A stretch of DNA of 64,000 nucleotides from Eledone cirrhosa (taxonomy: Eukaryota), in assembly GCA_964016885.1 (NCBI GenBank), contig OZ024740.1, positions 223,076,001-223,140,000 of the forward strand, in the 5' to 3' direction. Each line of letters starts with the position of its first letter. The stretch's first letter is position 1. Both the position numbers and the translations under genes were made by a program. Of the stretch, positions 39,830-52,154 are shown piece after piece. The notes beneath the pieces are model-generated. The model did no database searches, was not told where the DNA came from, and saw only the letters and a program-made list of their open reading frames with translations.

Positions 39830-40270
39830 AGAATGTGTGAATTCACAGAATGTGTAGGAGCTAGAGCTTAGAGCAGGTGAGAAGTTTAGGAGACTAGTAC
39901 CCCTGTCAATGGCAATAACACAGGAGTTTTGATTGAAGAATATCTGTGAAAGTAAAAATGAAATGAAGCAAGTATTCTCCAGTGAATGTGTAATGTTAAT
40001 GTATATAATGAACATAGCCTAGATTAAGCATGAGGAATTAGATGTAGTGAGAAAGAAATAAGATTGCATTGGTATGGACATGGGATGAGTATGGGAGATT
40101 AGAGGTTTATAAAGAAATGTATAGAAATCAGTTAATGAGATCCATGGAAAAGGCAAACCAAGGACAACATGGGATGATATAGTAAACACTGACCTTAGAA
40201 AGGTGCACCTTATGACAGAGAAGAAATAAAAACATGGTGATTAGTGACATGCAGTACTGGGGTACATTCA
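39830..40270 (+). mobile_element. Old RTE C-terminal remnant
   Basis: KFRRLVPL, LHWYGH, KGKPRTTW recognisable. Confidence 0.6.
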
Positions 40271-40935
40271 CCTACTGGTATAAGAATGTGACATGACCCA
40301 GTCACCCTCATCTCTGACTTCACAACTTAGTATATATTTCCACTATCCCTGCGACCCTTTCTCTTTCTGTCCAAATCACCTCATTTCTCTACTTCACAGC
40401 TCTTTACCATCACTGTATAGCATCAAATCTATGCAAGATCACTTTCACCCTTTATCTCTCTTACATCACCCTATTAAATTCCACCACAATTATCATACTC
40501 CAGTGACACTTTCTTACCAATTATCTACCTTGTATCCCCCTCTTTAAATTCATGACATCATACTTGTGATCCTCTCTTCCAACTCATTCTTACTCAACCA
40601 TGAAACTATATCTATCACCCCTATCACTAATCCTTCTTCTGCTTAAACACATCAGGTCACTGCATGACATCATAGTGTTGGTGCTAGGAATATACTGTGA
40701 AAAGATTGGTGATAGGAAGGACAACCATCCATTAAAAAGCTTCAATAGTGTCAAAAAGATTACAATTTCCTTAGTGCTGGTGGAAAAATAAAATGCCCCC
40801 ATGCAGTCTGCAAAGTGTCGAAATGAGAGATGAAGCTCATCTGAAAAGTCTAAAGCTCTGATTAATTACTAACTTAGTCTGTGTCAACCAGCCCAATCCA
40901 TGCTAGCAGTGACTGCAGATGGTAACAAGTGATGA

Positions 40936-40985
<50 letters not shown>

Positions 40986-41432
40986 TGGCTGAGCCCTTGC
41001 ACCTACAACACTTTCCCACCAGTAGAAACTAAACATAAACAAAGCATACAATATACAAGCAGGACCTTGTCACCTGACTGGTCTAGTCTCAGCATGCCAC
41101 AACTGTCTAACCCATGCAAACATGGAAAACAGACAAGAAAGATTGGTGATGATAATGATGATATATATATACACACACAAGTAGTCTCTCCAACTTGTTC
41201 TAAATGAAATCTGGATTAAGGCTCAGTTTTGCTGCTGCTGATGTCGTTTATTTGCATACATCGATAAACTTACCAAAGACACTAACTTAGACCCACAGGC
41301 CTTTGACTATGTTTTATTTGCTTATAATCAAAGCATTCTGAATTTTAAAAAAAGGAATTGCTAGGAAAAACATTCAAACAGTTTGAACAACTGTGATGGT
41401 TTGAGAATGAAGATCAATACAAAGAAGAGAGA

Positions 41433-41555
41433 AATAATTGTTTCTACTTTTGGCACAAGGTCAGCAATTAACCAGTGGATTACTGGTACTTTATTTTATC
41501 GACCCCGTAAGGATGAAAGGCAAAGTTAACCTCGGCGGGATTTGAACTCTGAATG
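41433..41555 (-). mobile_element. SINE family 1, 5'-truncated
   Basis: AATAATTGTTTCTACTTTTGGCAC..CTCGGCGGGATTTGAACTC. Confidence 0.88.
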
Positions 41556-41561
41556 CAACTC

Positions 41562-43410
41562 TATAATATTATAAATTGGTAATCTAGTAAGTTCTTTGTT
41601 AACTTCGGTGGGAAGAATTTTAAAGTTTCCTGCTTAACTTTCCTGAAGAACTTTCTCGCATTCGTTGATGGCGATTATCAAACTGAGATCAGGTTGTGTT
41701 GTGATATGTGACTCTATATATAAGAGAGATTTGGATGTGTCTGAGGTGTGGGGTGCAGTGTTAATGAGTGTGGGAGTGAAGGGGTGTTGATGAAGATTTA
41801 AAGGAATTAAAGCCTACGCACACACACGCACACACACACGCACACACACACACACACACACATATATATACATACACAGAAATGGTGAAAGTTGACAACA
41901 AGAAGATAATGAGATAGCAGTGTTTAAGAAAGGGGCTGTAAAAGTTCCCTGCTGCTGGTTCCATTTCAGTAATTAACCTTTGATGAATATAACTGTTTCT
42001 ACTTTTGGCACAAGGCCAGCAATTATCACAGTACATTGCTGGTACTTTATTTTATCGACCCCGTAAGGATGAAAGGCAAAGTTTACCTCGGCGGGATTGA
42101 ACTCAGTCCATAAAGGGCCATAACTCTTTGCTGCATGGCATCAGACCCTCTACCGATACTGCCAATCCACCATCTTTTGATGAATATAATGTCAGAATGT
42201 TTTTCAAATTCGTTTCTTATAGCTGAATCAACTCTCTTAAATTTATACAGAATACATTCAACAATTTAAAGATGAAAGTGGTACGAACCACTACTGAACA
42301 CAAAAACAATGATATTCCATCTTCAAATAACGGGATTCTCTCTCCTCTCTCTTTTCTTTAAAAAATCACATATTGAAAAAGAAAAATATCCAAATAGAAG
42401 TTGAAGACACCCACCCTTTCAAACATTCGATCGTTGAAGAGAAGAAAAACCCTCAGAGGTACACTAACAGTTCATTAATTTCCCCTTCTCCACTCCAATG
42501 TATATGTGAACTTAAATACTTGAGTAGATGTGTGTATAGATGTATTTGTATGTGTACAGGTATGTGTATACATGTGTATATGTATGTGTGTATATGTGTG
42601 TGTATATATGAATATATGTGTGTGCGTGTGTGTATGTGTGTGTGTATATATGCAATATATATGGTCTGAAAGTACATTTATATATAGGGAAGTGAATATG
42701 TTAGCTAGCACCCCCCCCCCCCACGCTTCCCCTCCCAAACCAATATCACCAACATACATTTCTGACAAATATTCCAAAACTATCCTTATTCTTCTCTTTG
42801 CTGTCATCCCATTCTTATCAAAAGAGATGTATCTTACACTTCATTAACCCCACCACCACCACCAGACAAGCACCTAAATTCATCTTTAAATTGTTGAGGT
42901 ATTCTTTATAAATTTAAGAGAGTTGATTCAGCTGTAAGAAATGAATTTGAAAAACATACTGCCATTATATTCATCAAAGGTCATTTATTGAAATGGAACC
43001 AGCAGCAGGGGACTTTTACAGCCCCTTTCTTAAACACTCCTATCCCATTAACTTCTTGTTGTCAACTTTCACTATTTTGTGTGTATATATGTGTGTGCAT
43101 GTGTGTGTGTATGCTTTAATTCCCTTAAATCTTCATCAACACTCCTTCACTCCCACACTCATTAACACCACACCCCACACCTCAGACACATCCAAATCTC
43201 TTTTGTATATAGAGTCACACATCACAACACAACCTGATCTCAGTTTGAGAAAGTTCTCCAGGAAAGTTAACCAGGAATCTTTAAAAATCTTCCCACCGAA
43301 GTTAACAAAGAACTTACTAGATCTACCAACTCATAATATTATAATATTATAAAATTAAATCAATTTGTTTAGAACTACAAGTGAAGTCATTCTTTTCCTT
43401 TTTATTCAAA
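41562..43410. mobile_element. Large diverged inverted-repeat element, Penelope-like by architecture
   Basis: Arms 41562-42276 (interrupted by a SINE) and 42879-43343 are reverse complements; ~600-bp spacer; the right arm extends to (TA)n at ~43410. Confidence 0.7.
41993..42173 (-). mobile_element. SINE family 1 inserted in the left arm, with TSD
   Basis: TTTGATGAATATAA on both sides; a single copy in the opposite arm (TTATATTCATCAAAG ~42965-42979). Confidence 0.93.
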
Positions 43411-43552
43411 TATATATATATAGAAAGAGAGAGAGGGGGAGAGAGGGGGGGGGGGTAAAGAGGGAGAGAGAGTCTGGAACTAGCTGTTGAAATGGCAAGA
43501 GTTCAGCTGTCAGGCCCAAACTCTTTCTAATATATATATATATATATATCTA

Positions 43553-43770
43553 TAAAGTAAACAGCAATAACAAAGCAAACAACATATTACATTAAAGTAA
43601 TATATTAATTTAACACTTGAAATAACAGGAAAAGAGTCTTAACGTTTTGGACACTATTCTTTCAGCAGATAATATAAATAGACGTAAAAGATGAAATAGA
43701 AAGAAAAATGCAAGAAGAGGGAGGAATGGAAAAAAATGAGAAAAAACACATGGCATATTCAGTGAGCCAT
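43553..43770 (-). mobile_element. Penelope-like pLTR family P1, degenerate hammerhead
   Basis: Homologous to 17648-17830; AAGAGTCTTAACGTTTTGGAC..TTCAGCAG. Confidence 0.55.
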
Positions 43771-43794
43771 TGTGGATATATATATGTGCAGATA

Positions 43795-44191
43795 AATTTC
43801 TTTATTAGCCACAAGGGCACAAAAGAAGGGGACAAAAACAAATGGAGAGTTTACATACAGGTATATGAAAATAAAACTATTAATACAATAACAAATAACA
43901 ATTGAAATCCCCAATAGGGGGGGGGGGGGTTATACAGGGGTTGTACACACACCAAAAAAATGTACAACCCTCATCTCCTCTTTTTCCTCAACCTACAGGC
44001 TTATATAGAGAGAAGGCCCAACCACTCAGGCCATCTTTGCCACATTCACCCACCTTTTATAACATTTGCTGGAGTACAGCACCTCTCTTTCTCCATCCTG
44101 ATTCTTCTTCCAAAATGATATTTGAAAAAACGAATCAGTTGCTTGCCGGAGAGAAAGGTGTCTGACCTCAGTCCTTTTAACCCCGTCCACC
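43795..44191 (-). mobile_element. Tx1/L1-like 3' end, 5'-truncated, 17-bp TSD
   Basis: ATATATATGTGCAGATA at 43778-43794 and 44192-44208; minus strand WWTGLKGLRSDTFLSG..FFKYH..KRWVNVAKMA, then a 3' UTR ending GGCTAATAAAGAAA. Confidence 0.75.
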
Positions 44192-45077
44192 ATATATATG
44201 TGCAGATAGAGAGATAGATACACACGCACACATAAACACATACACATACGTAATCTTGAAAAGAGAAGAGAAAAATACAATTATATGTCTGGTTGATGTA
44301 GTTAAGCATGAGTTCTTATTTTTTCATCAATTTCTGTTACTTTTCTTAAAATTTAATGATAGACCAAGAATAGACTTTCCTACTTTCAGAAAACATTCAA
44401 TCTTTTTTTTACGCAATGTATAATTTTAAACTAATTTTAACAATAAGACTATAATTTTCCAGACTAATAATAAATATTTTAATATCTACATATACTCTAC
44501 TTTTCAATCTCTTATAGTCATTAGATGTCTTATTTCAGGATACATATGTATATTCTATCCGAATAAATTTAAACTAGGAATCATTATTTGTACACAGAGT
44601 GATAATGTTCTTATCCACTACACCAGTTTTTCCACAATTGGATCTCAGGAAAAATTGAAACATTCTAGGATTTCATGAGATTAGATGTCTGATTAAAATT
44701 GAGAATAAGTTTATTATAAATGTATTATTGCGAAAATAACTGAATTTATATCAGTGATTTCTGGTCATGACCCATTCATTGAATGAGATAATAATCCTGC
44801 AGTTGGGAGGTTGCATTTTAAAATACACTGTGCACAGAAATAGATTGATGAAATAGGTACCAGTAAAATAAGACAGATTCTGATTCACTCTAATATTCTC
44901 CCTACAACAGTTATTAAAAGTTCTATATGAAGAGAATTGCATAATATCAGAAGCTTAATAAATTTAGGATAGTGGGGACAGTTGTCTATAAAATATAGGT
45001 GTGGATTCTGTGATTTTTAGAAAATTATATAAGATCATAGCAACAAAATAAATTTTGGAATAATATCTATACTATAT

Positions 45078-45357
45078 TCATTTCATTCATTTCATTTCAT
45101 TTCATTTTACGTCCGCTTTTTCCCTGCTTGCAAGAGTGGGACGGGAACTGATTCTGGCTTGATTTCTACAGATGGATGCCCTTCCTAACACCAACCTCAT
45201 TTACAGTGAGTGCTGGGTGCTTTTTTGCTGTGGCACCTCCATGACCACTTTGCAGTGGAATGATATGGACCCTTATCATCTCATTTCTACAGCTGAGTAA
45301 ACTGGAGCAATGTGAAATAAAGTGTCTTGCTCAAGGAAACAACACAACACCCGGTCT
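45078..45357 (-). mobile_element. SINE family 2, 5'-truncated
   Basis: (CATTT)n-TTTACGTCCGCTTTT..CTTGCTCAAGGAAACAACAC. Confidence 0.9.
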
Positions 45358-45402
45358 ATATATAAGTTAGTGTATATATCTATACATTAACTTATTTTTT
45401 TA

Positions 45403-45730
45403 ATCACTTCTAAATAATTGTTTCCACTTTTGGTACAAGGCCATCAATAACCCAGTACATTACTGGTACTTTATTTTATTAATCACTTCTAAATAATGAT
45501 TTCTAGTATAGGCACAAGGCCAGTAATTTGGTGGGAGGAGAAAGTTGATTATATCGCCCCCAGTACGTTACTGGTGCTTTATTTTATCGACCCCATAAGG
45601 ATGAAAGAAAAAGTTAACTTCAGTGGGACTTGAACTCAGACCATAAAGGGCCATAACTCTATGCTGCAAGGCATGGTGACCGACTCTCTACTGATATTGC
45701 CAATCCACCACCCTATCACTTCTAAACAAT
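45403..45730 (-). mobile_element. Two SINE family 1 copies at one site (triplicated TSD)
   Basis: ATCACTTCTAAA(T/C)AAT at 45403-45418, 45482-45497 and 45715-45730; a short truncated copy plus a full-length copy of a different subtype. Confidence 0.9.
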
Positions 45731-46074
45731 GAATTTGAAAATACATTTGAAAAGCAGGATAGCTAAACTTCTATTTCTGTCTATTACTTTTATTTAAAGC
45801 ATCAAGATCTTAGTGATTTATATTCACCAACTGAATATATATAGTTTGCCCCTTTTAAATATATTTGTGTGTGTATTAGGAAAAAGCATAACTGTACCCA
45901 ATTTTTATTTTCTTATTAATTTCATTTATATTTGTGTTTAGGACAAGACGTTTCTATTTCTATTAATGCTTCTAAATCTGCATTGTCCTTTCTTCTGAAT
46001 TGAATGGCTATTGGTACTGCTTGCAATTATTATATTTTTGTAAGCATAAATCAGGGAATTATGTGGTAATAATG

Positions 46075-46290
46075 GTTTCTTATATAGGCACAAGGCCAGT
46101 AATTTGGGGTAGGGGAAAGTCGATTAAATCAACCCCAGTGCGTGACTGGTACTTTATTTTATCGACCCCATAAGGATGAAAGGCAAAGTTAACCTCGGTG
46201 GGATTTGAGCTCAGATCATAAAGAGCCATAACTCTATGCTGCAAAGCATGGCGTCCGACCCTCTACCAATACTGCCAATCCACCGCCCTC
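46075..46290 (-). mobile_element. SINE family 1 full-length copy with ~19-bp TSD
   Basis: GAATTATGTGGTAATAATG at 46056-46074 and 46292-46310. Confidence 0.95.
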
Positions 46291-47047
46291 AGAATTATGT
46301 GGTAATAATGATGATGTTAGTGCAGGTGTTGAAAATGTTCACTAACATCACACTCCTGTAGCAATCAGGAATTAGATTGGCCATGGTGAACAGTCATCAT
46401 CATCATTTCATTTTCCTGTATTGTAGTTGAATGTTAAATGTTGCATTCTAGATTGTTAATATACAATAGGAAACTGCACCTTACTCTGTGATAGAAACCA
46501 AGCTGTTTCTTTTAAAGTGAATATGTTTATCTAAAACCTTTCATTATGATTTTATTAAAAAACTCTGATAAGTTATCTACCAGTTTAATAATGATGAAGT
46601 TGGTTATATTACTAAATCCCTCTAAATGCTTTGCAGTTTCAAAATTATTTGAAAATCTTAGTAGCATCTATTTATTAGAAATATAGTTTCAATTAGGCAA
46701 CAAAATATAGTTTCCATTACACAATATAATGCAATGCAATTCTTTGTTGTAAATGCATAAACAGTTGGAAAGTATGGCACTTATGTCATGTGGGTTAATG
46801 ATGTTTACAACTACATATTTACATACATTTGTTACTTCCAAAAATTTCTCTTATCACAATAATTAATAAAAATAAAGAGATGTTAGGCTGCTGACAATGT
46901 TTTGTCTTTGAGAAATATTTAGAGAGTAACACCAACATGCCCTATTGTAGAGAACAACTATGTACGTCCCGTTTTTTTCACTTTTTAATCTTCAGTTTTA
47001 CTGTTTTATAAATTATAAACATTATATAAATTATTTGTATATATATG

Positions 47048-47398
47048 TGGAGGCACATCGCTTAGTGGTTAGAGCATTGGTCTTGCAATCGAAAGGTTGT
47101 GAGTTCAATTCTCAGACCGGGTGGTGTGTTGTTTCCTTGAGCAAGACACTTTATTTCACATTGCTCCAGTTTACTCAGCTGTAGAAATGAGATGATAGAG
47201 GCAGGGGTCCCTATCATTCCACTGCAAAGTGGTCGTGGTGGTGCCACGGCAAAAGAAAAAAGCACCCAGCACTCACTGTAAATGAGGTTGGTGTTAGGAA
47301 GGGCATCCAGTTGTAGAAATCAAGCCAGAATCAGTTCCTGTCCCACCCTTGCAAGCAGGGAAAAAGCGGACGTAAAATGAAATGAATGAATGAATGAA
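47048..47398 (+). mobile_element. SINE family 2, full-length (tRNA head, CORE-like domain, RTE-derived body and tail)
   Basis: Box A TCGCTTAGTGG, box B GAGTTCAATTC, CCTTGAGCAAGACACTT core; 3' end identical to RTE family A; (TGAA)n tail. Confidence 0.92.
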
Positions 47399-47413
47399 TG
47401 TGTGTGTGTTCAT

Positions 47414-47610
47414 GTAAAAAGTAAACAGAAATAACAAAGCAAATGACACAATACAATGAAAAATATATTAGTTTAATACTTTAAATGATAAAGAAAGAGT
47501 CTTAAGATTTCAGACTCTAGTCCTTCATCAGAAGATAGAATGAGAGATAAAAGATGAAATTGAAAGGTAAAGATCGAGAGAGAAAAAAGCGTATGCAGAT
47601 TCAGTCAATT
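47414..47610 (-). mobile_element. Penelope-like pLTR family P1 with hammerhead motif at 47500-47535
   Basis: Minus strand TCTT-CTGATGA-A-GGAC-TAGA-GTCT-GAAA-TCTT-AAGA. Confidence 0.6.
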
Positions 47611-49175
47611 TACAATAAAATGTAAGTTTTTAACTTCTTTTTATTGTGAACAGAATATACACATTTGGTGTCATAACAAATTTGTAAATAATACTAGTCA
47701 TCTGAAATTTATTTAGTGGGCTGCAGGAATCTGGTTTGCTGGCAATGTAAAAATGTTTTGTGTTTTATAATATAGTTCAAGTTATAATTTTCCTTCAGCC
47801 CTAAGTTTACTCTGATTGATCGAAGGTATTTCAGTCATGAATATCCTGCCTGTTTATCTGACATGGTATATCTAGAATCACATTATCTAATGTGTTCTTC
47901 CATTTTAGTTTTAAAATGTAGGGTTTGATTTAAGGGAGATTTGACTGCTATTTCTAGTAGATTGACCATATATTGGAGAAAAATTTACCTTTAGGATTTT
48001 CATTAGCCATTATATTGGCTGTATGATGGTTGGCAATAGTTGTGCAACCTAAAGAAAAATCCTGGCATAATCTTGTTTCAACTTTGAAGATTAATTATTT
48101 TGATTAATGTAATTTAGAGTTGATTTGGAAAACAAATGAATGATTAAGTTTTGGCTAGTTGTTAGTACTGGCAACATATTCTATGTTTTCATTGTAAGTT
48201 CTCTCAAATAAATTTACTATTACAGAAATTCATCTAATAAGAGGAAAATTGATTGAACAGCTTTTATTTAAACCTCTCAGCTGAAATAAGTCAATTTGAC
48301 TATCATTTACATTCTCGAGAATCTAAGTGAAATAGCAATAAAAACAAAACTGCTTTAAGTGTAAAATACGTCTTGATTTAAAGACACTTTAAATTGTTTT
48401 ATTTGCTTTGAATACACAGTATATCCGTCTCCCAAATAGTAAGAAACTAATTTCATCTTTTTGGTAACTTATCAAAACTGTGGAAATGACAAAATGTTTT
48501 GAAAGTTCTACATTTGATTTGATTGTTGATTTCTAGAGGTGAGATGGTAGCTCAAAGATTAGAAGTCATATTGGGCACTATAAATTCAGCAAAAATTCTA
48601 AGTTCAGGTTTTACCAAAGGTGATTAACTCATGCATTAGCATATTTCTTGAGACTGATTTTAAAAATAATGAAGAATTTATAAGAATTTAGTAACATAAC
48701 TTACTTTCTCATTATTAATCAGATGCTTGAAACATAAATCCTAACATAAAATTATGATGGAATAGTTTTAGATAAATATAGATATTTTTGAACAACGAGT
48801 TTGTATCATAGAACCAGAAAATGTTTGATGTCTGAAGGGTTAAGCAAAACTGAAAATATCAAACATGTTTTGAAAATTCCATATATTCATATCAGATTCT
48901 GTTGCATAATTTAAAGATGAGATGGTGGATATTCATAAAATAATATTTAAAATTTTTAGATCAAACCTCTACTAAAGATGAGATCAAACCTCTACTAGAT
49001 GTGTATGGATCATTTGCCTAGCATGATTTTACTCTTAGTTTAGACATTTAAATTTCTAGTTTGAATCTACACATCCAGGAATAAGATACCTTAGGATAAT
49101 CAAAGATCATACCGAACAAAATTTAGAGTAGATGAAAATATTTGAATACTTTGATCTGTAAAGATAACGGTAATG

Positions 49176-49350
49176 CTGCCAATCCACCAAATAATTGTTT
49201 CTACTTTTGGCACCAGGCCAGCAATTATCCCAGTGCATTACTGGTACTTTATTTTATCGACCCCGTAAGGATGAAAGGTAAAGTTAACCTCGGCGGGATT
49301 TGAACTCAGATCATAAAGGGAGGTAACTATATGCCAATCCACCAAATAAT
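49176..49350 (-). mobile_element. SINE family 1 truncated copy flanked by the direct repeat TGCCAATCCACCAAATAAT
   Basis: Repeat at both ends; it includes SINE-head sequence. Confidence 0.85.
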
Positions 49351-52154
49351 AAAATCTAATAATGCTTGCACTTTCCCTCCCTTTCTTTGCATTTAAGGCA
49401 TTTATAGTCCTTTCCATTTAATTTCCTATACATCCAGATCTGCCCTTCATTTCTCCTTCCCCCTTCTCTCTTCATTACTTAACTTTGTTTTTACCTTGCT
49501 TTAATATTTTCCATCTTTTTCTTAATTATATTTTGAAACACAAATGCTTTGAATTTTGGTTTCTTAGTCTTTCTCTGAGTTTATATAAAACCTTTATCTA
49601 TCAAAATAATTCAAACAACAGATGCAAATAATATCATATTATATTGGGTTATTAATTTCTCATTGAAATATTTGTTCCAATGTTTATGAAAAATATGATG
49701 AACTACTTGAATATCAAAGAATATGGCAAGATTTGAGTATATTTAATATACTTTTTACTAGTTTCAGCCATTAGACTGTGGCTAAGCTGGGGCACCATCT
49801 TAAAGGGATTTATTCAATCATAGCAAACCTAATACTGGTATTTATTTTATCAAACTGCTAGGGTCTGAGACAAATACTGACACACATAAACATGGATACA
49901 CATGCAGACACATACATATATTAGATGACGAGTTTCTGTAGTTTTTATTTGTTAAATTCCGCTCACAAATCATTGGTCAACATGTAGATGTAGTAGAAGA
50001 CACTTGCCCAAGGTGCTACACAGTATATGTGAACCTGAAAGCTTGTGGCTATAAAGTATTCACCTTATCAACACAGTCAAGCACGCACCAATGAAAGCTA
50101 ACAGAATATACATCTCTTTTAATAATGAACTAGAACTCCTATAGCAGCAACATTGTTTGCAGCAATAATGATGAGAAATGAATTGTGAACACTTCAACAA
50201 GTTTGACTCCCAATTAATAGCTACAAAATATGCATCAAAAATGCTACAAAAATATTTATATAATACGAATATTTCTATTTTTCATATGCATGGATATGGA
50301 AATTTTATTATAATATTCTCTTAAATAATAAAAATATTTTTGTCATATTATAAAGGAAATTCATTTCTAGTTAATTGCTAAATTTAATATGGAAGTTTCG
50401 GAAAATATATTTGTATTTCTTTAGTTTATATTGATTTATTCATTACCAACCTAAATCAGCTTTCCAATATCTATGTACTTAGTGTTCCACAATCAAATTA
50501 GACAACATCTGTGAGAATATTTAACAACAGTACATTTTCCAGGTGGATGTGCTTCCAAACCTCAAAACTTATTTAAATATTGTTTTTTCTTTAAGTTTTC
50601 ATCATATAATTAAAAAGTTAACACTTTCTTTAAGAAATCAATATCATCATCAAAGTTATATTCTATTGTGGTTATATCTAATAATCTCGATTCTTTGCTA
50701 TCATTTCTGTTTTATGAGATGTGATCATATCATATTTTTTTCCCTATACTTTCTTTAGCTTTTTCCTTTTCTACATATACCACTCACCACAAACATAGAT
50801 CATACATCACTTTTCCACCAACCAATCATTGTGTAATTCTAATGAAATACACTCTATTTCAATTAATTAATGAAGAACTTTGAGGTATTCACAGCAAATA
50901 TAAATTCCTAAGATAACAACTTAACATATGTTTCTTATATAAAATTCTGTTGGTAGATTTTAAATTTAAATGGGTGGTTTTGTTTCATAGCAACATAACT
51001 GGTTTTGGCCAAGTTAATATCAAAACAATTAATTCCCAGCTGCTCTCATAGCACCTCTCTCCTGCTCTGGTTCTGATCTTGCTGAATATTTTATATCCAC
51101 CAGAGCATATTTACTTTTGTCAAAGGGAACAGTCACTATAAATAACAATTATAAAGAAGGAATCAATTGAAAAAATGCCAGACCTCATATGCTTACCATG
51201 TAGGATGGAGCACATCAAATCAAACAAAGAAAACAATGTTTCCCTTGGTCTTTGCATTGCTGGTACTGGTTGCAACACTTGACAGAATGAGCAATGTGAA
51301 ATAGAGTGTCATGCTCAAGAGCATAATGCACCACTCAGTCCAGGAAGCAAACTTCCAACCTCACAATTCATTAACCACTAGGTCATATGACTTCATGGCA
51401 TTATACAGACTCTATACAGTCTCTCATTCAGTTCATATTGAGTGTGTTTATTACAGAAATCCATAAAATAAGTATTTATGGTTTAATAAATGAATTCATA
51501 AACTATATAAGATCATTTATATTGCCACATGAATTCATAAACGATATAAAATCATTTATATTACCACATTATGAAATATATATATATGAAATAATAATCT
51601 GATATTCTGTGAATGAAATTAAAAACTATTTTCGTTACTGGGGGTATAATAATAATACTAAACTCTCTCATTAATATATTTCTAATGAAAATCGCTGCCT
51701 ATTATTTTTAATTGATTTTTTAATACTAAGGAATTTGTAGAAACTTAGTAATATAACTTTTTCATTATTAATGTAATGTTTGGAATATACCATGACAAAG
51801 TTTCTTACATAAAACCATAATAAAATGTTTTAAAATAAACATTTTAAAATAAGCAACTTTGTATCCTGTTGGTGTCAAAAGGATACCAGAAAGTAAAACT
51901 ATAAGTTCATGCCAGCAAAAAATGTGACCTCTCCCATCCTTGTGTCCTTGCTCCACTAGCTCTCCCTAGTGGCTATATTCACCATCACTGTACCCCCCCC
52001 CCCCCCCCCCCCTCCACTTCATTCATGCTCCCTCCACTATCAGTCCTTAGCTATTTTCCACCCACTTTAATGTCCTTAGATACCCCCTATCACTCACTAG
52101 TAGCTACTTTCTTCACTCCCATGCACCTCCACTCTTGCCATTCCCCCTACACAT

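Noticed and set aside
44077-44164. Nested hairpin suggesting a structured ncRNA
   Set aside because: It lies within the coding end of a Tx1/L1-like insertion with a TSD; pairing is imperfect and purine/pyrimidine-biased
51994-52012. Poly-C/poly-G runs as functional G-quadruplexes (also ~42711, ~43446, ~43917)
   Set aside because: Simple homopolymers within decayed repeats; no further support
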